A stretch of DNA of 64,000 bases, from NCBI GenBank assembly GCA_963667925.1, contig OY764080.1, forward strand, positions 2,379,226 through 2,443,225, given 5' to 3'. Made by a program: the position numbers and the translations under genes. Positions 60,987 to 64,000 of the stretch are shown one piece after another. A model generated the notes under the pieces. That model was not told where the DNA came from and did no database searches. It worked only from the letters and a program-made list of their open reading frames with translations. Positions within the stretch are counted from its first letter, which is position 1. Every line of letters starts with the position of its first letter. The DNA comes from Chloroflexota bacterium (GTDB lineage Bacteria > Chloroflexota > UBA11872).

Positions 60987-62249
60987 ATGCGGGTAACGCT
61001 GGCCTTCACGATCAAGGAGTTCCTGCTGCTGCTGCGGGATCCGGGCGGCCTGTTTGTGCTGTTCCTGATGCCGGTGATGTTCATGGTGGTCTTCAGCCTG
61101 GCGCTGGGCGGGCTGTTTGAGGAAGGCGCGGCTGAAGGTTCGGCCAGGGCGCTGGAGGTACCGGTGGCGACGGGCGGCGCGGGCGAGGTGGCCGAACGGG
61201 TGGTGGAGCAACTGGACGCAACGCAAGGACTGGCCATTGTTCGCGAGCAGGACGGTGAGGCGCTAACGGCGGATCAGGTGGCTCAGTTGGTGGCGGACGG
61301 CGAGTACCCGGTGGGGGTCGTTTTCCCCGAAGGACTAACGACACTCCTGGAAGATCCGCGCATCCTCCGGGGCGAGCAGGTACAGCCGCTGGAGGTAGAC
61401 GTCATTGTGGATCCGGCAACCACAGGGCAGGTGACGGGTCCGCTGGAGGGCGCGTTGAGCGCGGTTCTACAACAGGTCGTGGGCCAGCGGCTGGGCGAGG
61501 CGGGGGCGGCGGCCTGGTTCGAGCAGGTAGCCGCTGGTCTGCCGGCCGAGGTTCGCGAACAGCTGGCGGCGTCGATGCAGCAGGGCGGTGAGGGAGAGGG
61601 CGCCCTGCCCGTGACGACGCGGCGGCGAGTTCCGCCGGGGGTCGAGCGCGAGCAGTTCCCGGACCAATTCCAGCAGAACGCGGCCGGTTACACGGTTATG
61701 GGGGTGTTTTTCATCGCCACGGTGATGATCGAGTCGATCTTCCGGGAGCGGCGGAGCGGGGCGATGCGACGCCTGCGGGCCGCGCCGGTGGGTCGGGCGC
61801 CGATCGTGATCAGCAAGCTGGCGCCGTTCTACGTGGTGAACCTGATCCAGATCGTGATCATGTTTGCGATCGCGCGGCTGGCGTTTGGGCTGGACCTGGG
61901 GTTTGTGCCGGCGCTGGTGGTGGTATCGGCGGCGCTGGCGCTGGTGGCCACGGGGCTGGGAATAGCGTTGGCCGGAGTCTCGCGCTCGGAGACGCAGGGG
62001 ACGGGCCTGGCGGTGATCGTGGTGCTGACGACGTCGGCGCTGGGCGGGGTGATGGTGCCGCGCTTCATCATGCCCGAGGCGATGCAGCAGATCGGCAACA
62101 TCACACCGCAAGCCTGGGCGATCCAGGGCTATCAGGACGTGCTGGTGCGCGGCCAGGGCGTCGGCGGCGTGTGGCTGGAAGCGGGCGTGCTGCTGATCTT
62201 TGCGGCAGTGTTCACAGCGATCGGAATCTGGCGGTTTCGGTTCGACTGA
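60987..62249 (+). CDS. ABC-2 type exporter permease (DrrB/YhgE-like, large extracytoplasmic loop)
   Basis: N-terminal TM, long periplasmic loop, then an ABC-2 membrane domain with ~5 TM segments. Confidence 0.85.
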   Translation: MRVTLAFTIKEFLLLLRDPGGLFVLFLMPVMFMVVFSLALGGLFEEGAAEGSARALEVPVATGGAGEVAERVVEQLDATQGLAIVREQDGEALTADQVAQLVADGEYPVGVVFPEGLTTLLEDPRILRGEQVQPLEVDVIVDPATTGQVTGPLEGALSAVLQQVVGQRLGEAGAAAWFEQVAAGLPAEVREQLAASMQQGGEGEGALPVTTRRRVPPGVEREQFPDQFQQNAAGYTVMGVFFIATVMIESIFRERRSGAMRRLRAAPVGRAPIVISKLAPFYVVNLIQIVIMFAIARLAFGLDLGFVPALVVVSAALALVATGLGIALAGVSRSETQGTGLAVIVVLTTSALGGVMVPRFIMPEAMQQIGNITPQAWAIQGYQDVLVRGQGVGGVWLEAGVLLIFAAVFTAIGIWRFRFD

Positions 62250-62505
62250 GGACAAGGCGCTAGGCTCGACTACGCTGTTGGCTCAGGTTTCTCCAGAAGT
62301 CGGGATTCAGACGGGCGACGGCGCTGACCGCATGATTCCAGGCGCACCGCGATCAGAGCGTTGACGACGAGCTGACCGACTGCCTGGTTTGCTGGCATCA
62401 CTCAAATGACCATGCGCTTTCGCTCATAAAACGCACATAACACGTCGATGCTTGACAATGGCTGGCCTTCAAGGCAATGTATCGGCAATTCGAAAAGGAG
62501 CAACA

Positions 62506-62598
62506 ATGACCCATCAAAGAGCATGCTTATTAGTAATGTATCATGATACTTACACTCAATCATACACGACCACAATAGAAGATCTTAGGCACTGCTAA
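62506..62598 (+). CDS. Candidate 30-codon leader/small ORF (MTHQRACLLVMYHDTYTQSYTTTIEDLRHC) with strong SD, rare TTA-TTA codons, and TAATG coupling to the downstream gene
   Basis: SD AAAAGGAG 5 nt upstream of the ATG at 62506. Stop TAA (62596-62598) overlaps the ATG at 62598. Codon usage is extremely AT-rich for this genome. Confidence 0.4.
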   Translation: MTHQRACLLVMYHDTYTQSYTTTIEDLRHC

Positions 62599-63899
62599 TG
62601 CTACGCAAAAGGATAGGCAATCAGGCGCATCGGAATGGTGGTGTGCAGTTGGGGGAGGCTCGGGCTATGACGGAGACGTTGAGAATGCGCGAACAGCGAC
62701 GGTCAACAGTTTGGGAACGAGTCCGGCTTGGGCTGGCGGCCGTTGCCGCGGCCAGCCTGACGATTGCGGGGCCAGTGACCGCGTTGCGGGCGCTGGACTG
62801 TGTGGGCATACCCATCAGCGACGGCTGCCTGTTTGCCAACACCGGCGGCGACACGCCTGATCCGAACGACGGGTATGCCGTGACCAACGCCGATAGCGTC
62901 CCGATGTGGGACTTCGTACGCGAGGCTGAGGCTGAGGCCATTGGATACCCGATCAGTCAGCGCTGGCTGGACGGACCGTTCACGCTGCAGGCATTCCAGA
63001 AGGTGATTCTGCAGTGGGACCCGGCCAACGCACGGATGAACTACTACAACACGCTGGACGTGTTGGCCAACCGCTACCCGCACATCGAGCTGCCCAACGT
63101 GCCGGCGCACCAGGTGCTGGCGGCGGACGTAGGCGCGGACTTCGAGACGGTCAAGCAGAACCACCTCGCGATCCTGGATGAGAACCCCGGAATCAAGGCG
63201 CGGTTCCTTGGCGAACCGGACTGGCTCAACCTGTACGGGCTGCCGATTCGGTACGAGGAACGGGAAGTCGATGGCAATCCGCAGGGACTGCAACTGCTGC
63301 GCGCGCAGCGGGCCGTGTTCGCGGTCTGGAACGTGCCAGCGCCCGGGACGACCCCTGGCGAGGTAGTGCTTCAGAACCTTCCGGACAAGGTAAAGCAACT
63401 GAGCAACGTGATTGTTCCCGACGCGACCGAGGCGCCCCTGACGCCCGGGCAGCTGAACGCATTTGAGCCGCAGCAGATACACCGACGCTCCGATGAGGAC
63501 GAGGGCAGCGGCGACGACGAGCGTGCGGTCGACGACCCGCCCGGGACGGACAACGACGGCTTTGACACGACCGCCAATACCGACCACGACGGCTTCGATA
63601 CCACCGCCAATACCGATCACGATGGTTTGGACACGACGGCCAACACCGACAATGACGGAGTCGACACCACCGCGAACACCGATCACGATGGTTTCGACAC
63701 CACCGCCAATACCGACCACGACGGCTTTGATACCACGGCCAACACTGACTACGACGGATTCGACACGACGGCCAACACCGACCACGACGGTTTCGACACC
63801 ACCGCGAATACCGACCATGACGGCTTCGACACCACAGGCAATGAGAACGAGGACACCGACGACACTGCTGAGGACGACAGCGAAGACGACAGCGATTAG
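62598..63899 (+). CDS. Secreted protein with C-terminal acidic tandem repeats (9 x DHDGFDTTANT) and Asp/Glu-rich tail
   Basis: Signal-peptide-like LGLAAVAAASLTIAGPVTALRA; N-terminal domain of unknown function; 11-aa repeats with an EF-hand/DxDxDG-like N-x-D-x-D-G core. An alternative start is the ATG at 62667. Confidence 0.6.
   Translation: MLRKRIGNQAHRNGGVQLGEARAMTETLRMREQRRSTVWERVRLGLAAVAAASLTIAGPVTALRALDCVGIPISDGCLFANTGGDTPDPNDGYAVTNADSVPMWDFVREAEAEAIGYPISQRWLDGPFTLQAFQKVILQWDPANARMNYYNTLDVLANRYPHIELPNVPAHQVLAADVGADFETVKQNHLAILDENPGIKARFLGEPDWLNLYGLPIRYEEREVDGNPQGLQLLRAQRAVFAVWNVPAPGTTPGEVVLQNLPDKVKQLSNVIVPDATEAPLTPGQLNAFEPQQIHRRSDEDEGSGDDERAVDDPPGTDNDGFDTTANTDHDGFDTTANTDHDGLDTTANTDNDGVDTTANTDHDGFDTTANTDHDGFDTTANTDYDGFDTTANTDHDGFDTTANTDHDGFDTTGNENEDTDDTAEDDSEDDSD
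63547..63843. repeat. Tandem 33-bp coding repeat x9 (ACCGACCACGACGGCTTCGACACCACCGCCAAT consensus)
   Basis: Read directly from the sequence; copies differ at a few synonymous or conservative positions. Confidence 0.9.
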
Positions 63900-64000
63900 G
63901 CGGTGACCGTCTCCAAGGTGACCTCCGTGGCGCTTGCACCCCGGATCGATTTCCCCGCCGATCGCGGAGTTCGGGCACTGCAGCGACTGTTCGACGGCGC

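Noticed and set aside
58758-61226. 401-aa and 417-aa minus-strand ORFs opposite the FAD-oxidoreductase and ABC-2 ATPase genes
   Set aside because: Arg/His/Pro-rich antisense shadows; the plus-strand genes have clear Walker and Rossmann motifs.
62703-63978. 371-aa and 250-aa minus-strand ORFs opposite the tandem-repeat protein gene
   Set aside because: Their periodicity simply mirrors the 33-bp coding repeat on the plus strand (poly-VVGIGGGVE and RRC-rich translations). The plus-strand frame gives a coherent secreted protein.

Overview
The window is 64 kb of densely coding, very GC-rich (~68-70% GC) bacterial chromosome, probably Chloroflexota/Thermomicrobia-like or Actinomycetota; the phylum cannot be fixed from sequence alone. 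Nearly all real genes carry long antisense shadow ORFs, so calls rest on recognisable protein families rather than ORF length. I saw no rRNA, tRNA, CRISPR array, transposase or integrase.

Gene content in order:
- A 5'-truncated proB, an EF-G-like GTPase paralog and an M42 peptidase.
- A two-gene SbcCD/YhaN-YhaO-like operon. Its 1493-aa SMC-like ATPase has tandem repeats in both coiled-coil arms and a central hydrophobic hairpin. A perfect 32-bp palindrome sits at the operon's 5' end.
- ggt and a Crp/Fnr regulator.
- The conserved nusA-ylxR-infB-rbfA-truB-ribF operon on the minus strand, apparently without an upstream rimP.
- A minus-strand sugar operon: MsiK/MalK-like ATPase, YesL, an Hcy-methyltransferase-domain protein, FGGY kinase, GHMP sugar-1-kinase and a GalU-like UDP-sugar pyrophosphorylase.
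- A RhaD-like aldolase/SDR with a CinA-like protein.
- Cell-envelope genes (LCP protein, methyltransferase) and a LuxR-type two-component pair preceded by three palindromic ~30-bp repeats.
- A split MoeZ (rhodanese plus ThiF) divergent from a Lon paralog that lacks the N-domain.
- A 1008-aa LRR/cadherin surface protein with a decayed in-frame tail.
- eno-larB-larC, joined by GTGA and ATGA overlaps.
- CocE/NonD hydrolase, macro and TPMT-like genes.
- At the 3' end, a flavin-dependent halogenase (WxWxIP), an AAC(3)-like acetyltransferase, oxidoreductases, a DrrAB-like ABC-2 exporter, and a secreted acidic 11-aa tandem-repeat protein. That last gene is translationally coupled (TAATG) to a 30-codon leader ORF rich in rare TTA codons, inside a local AT-rich island.
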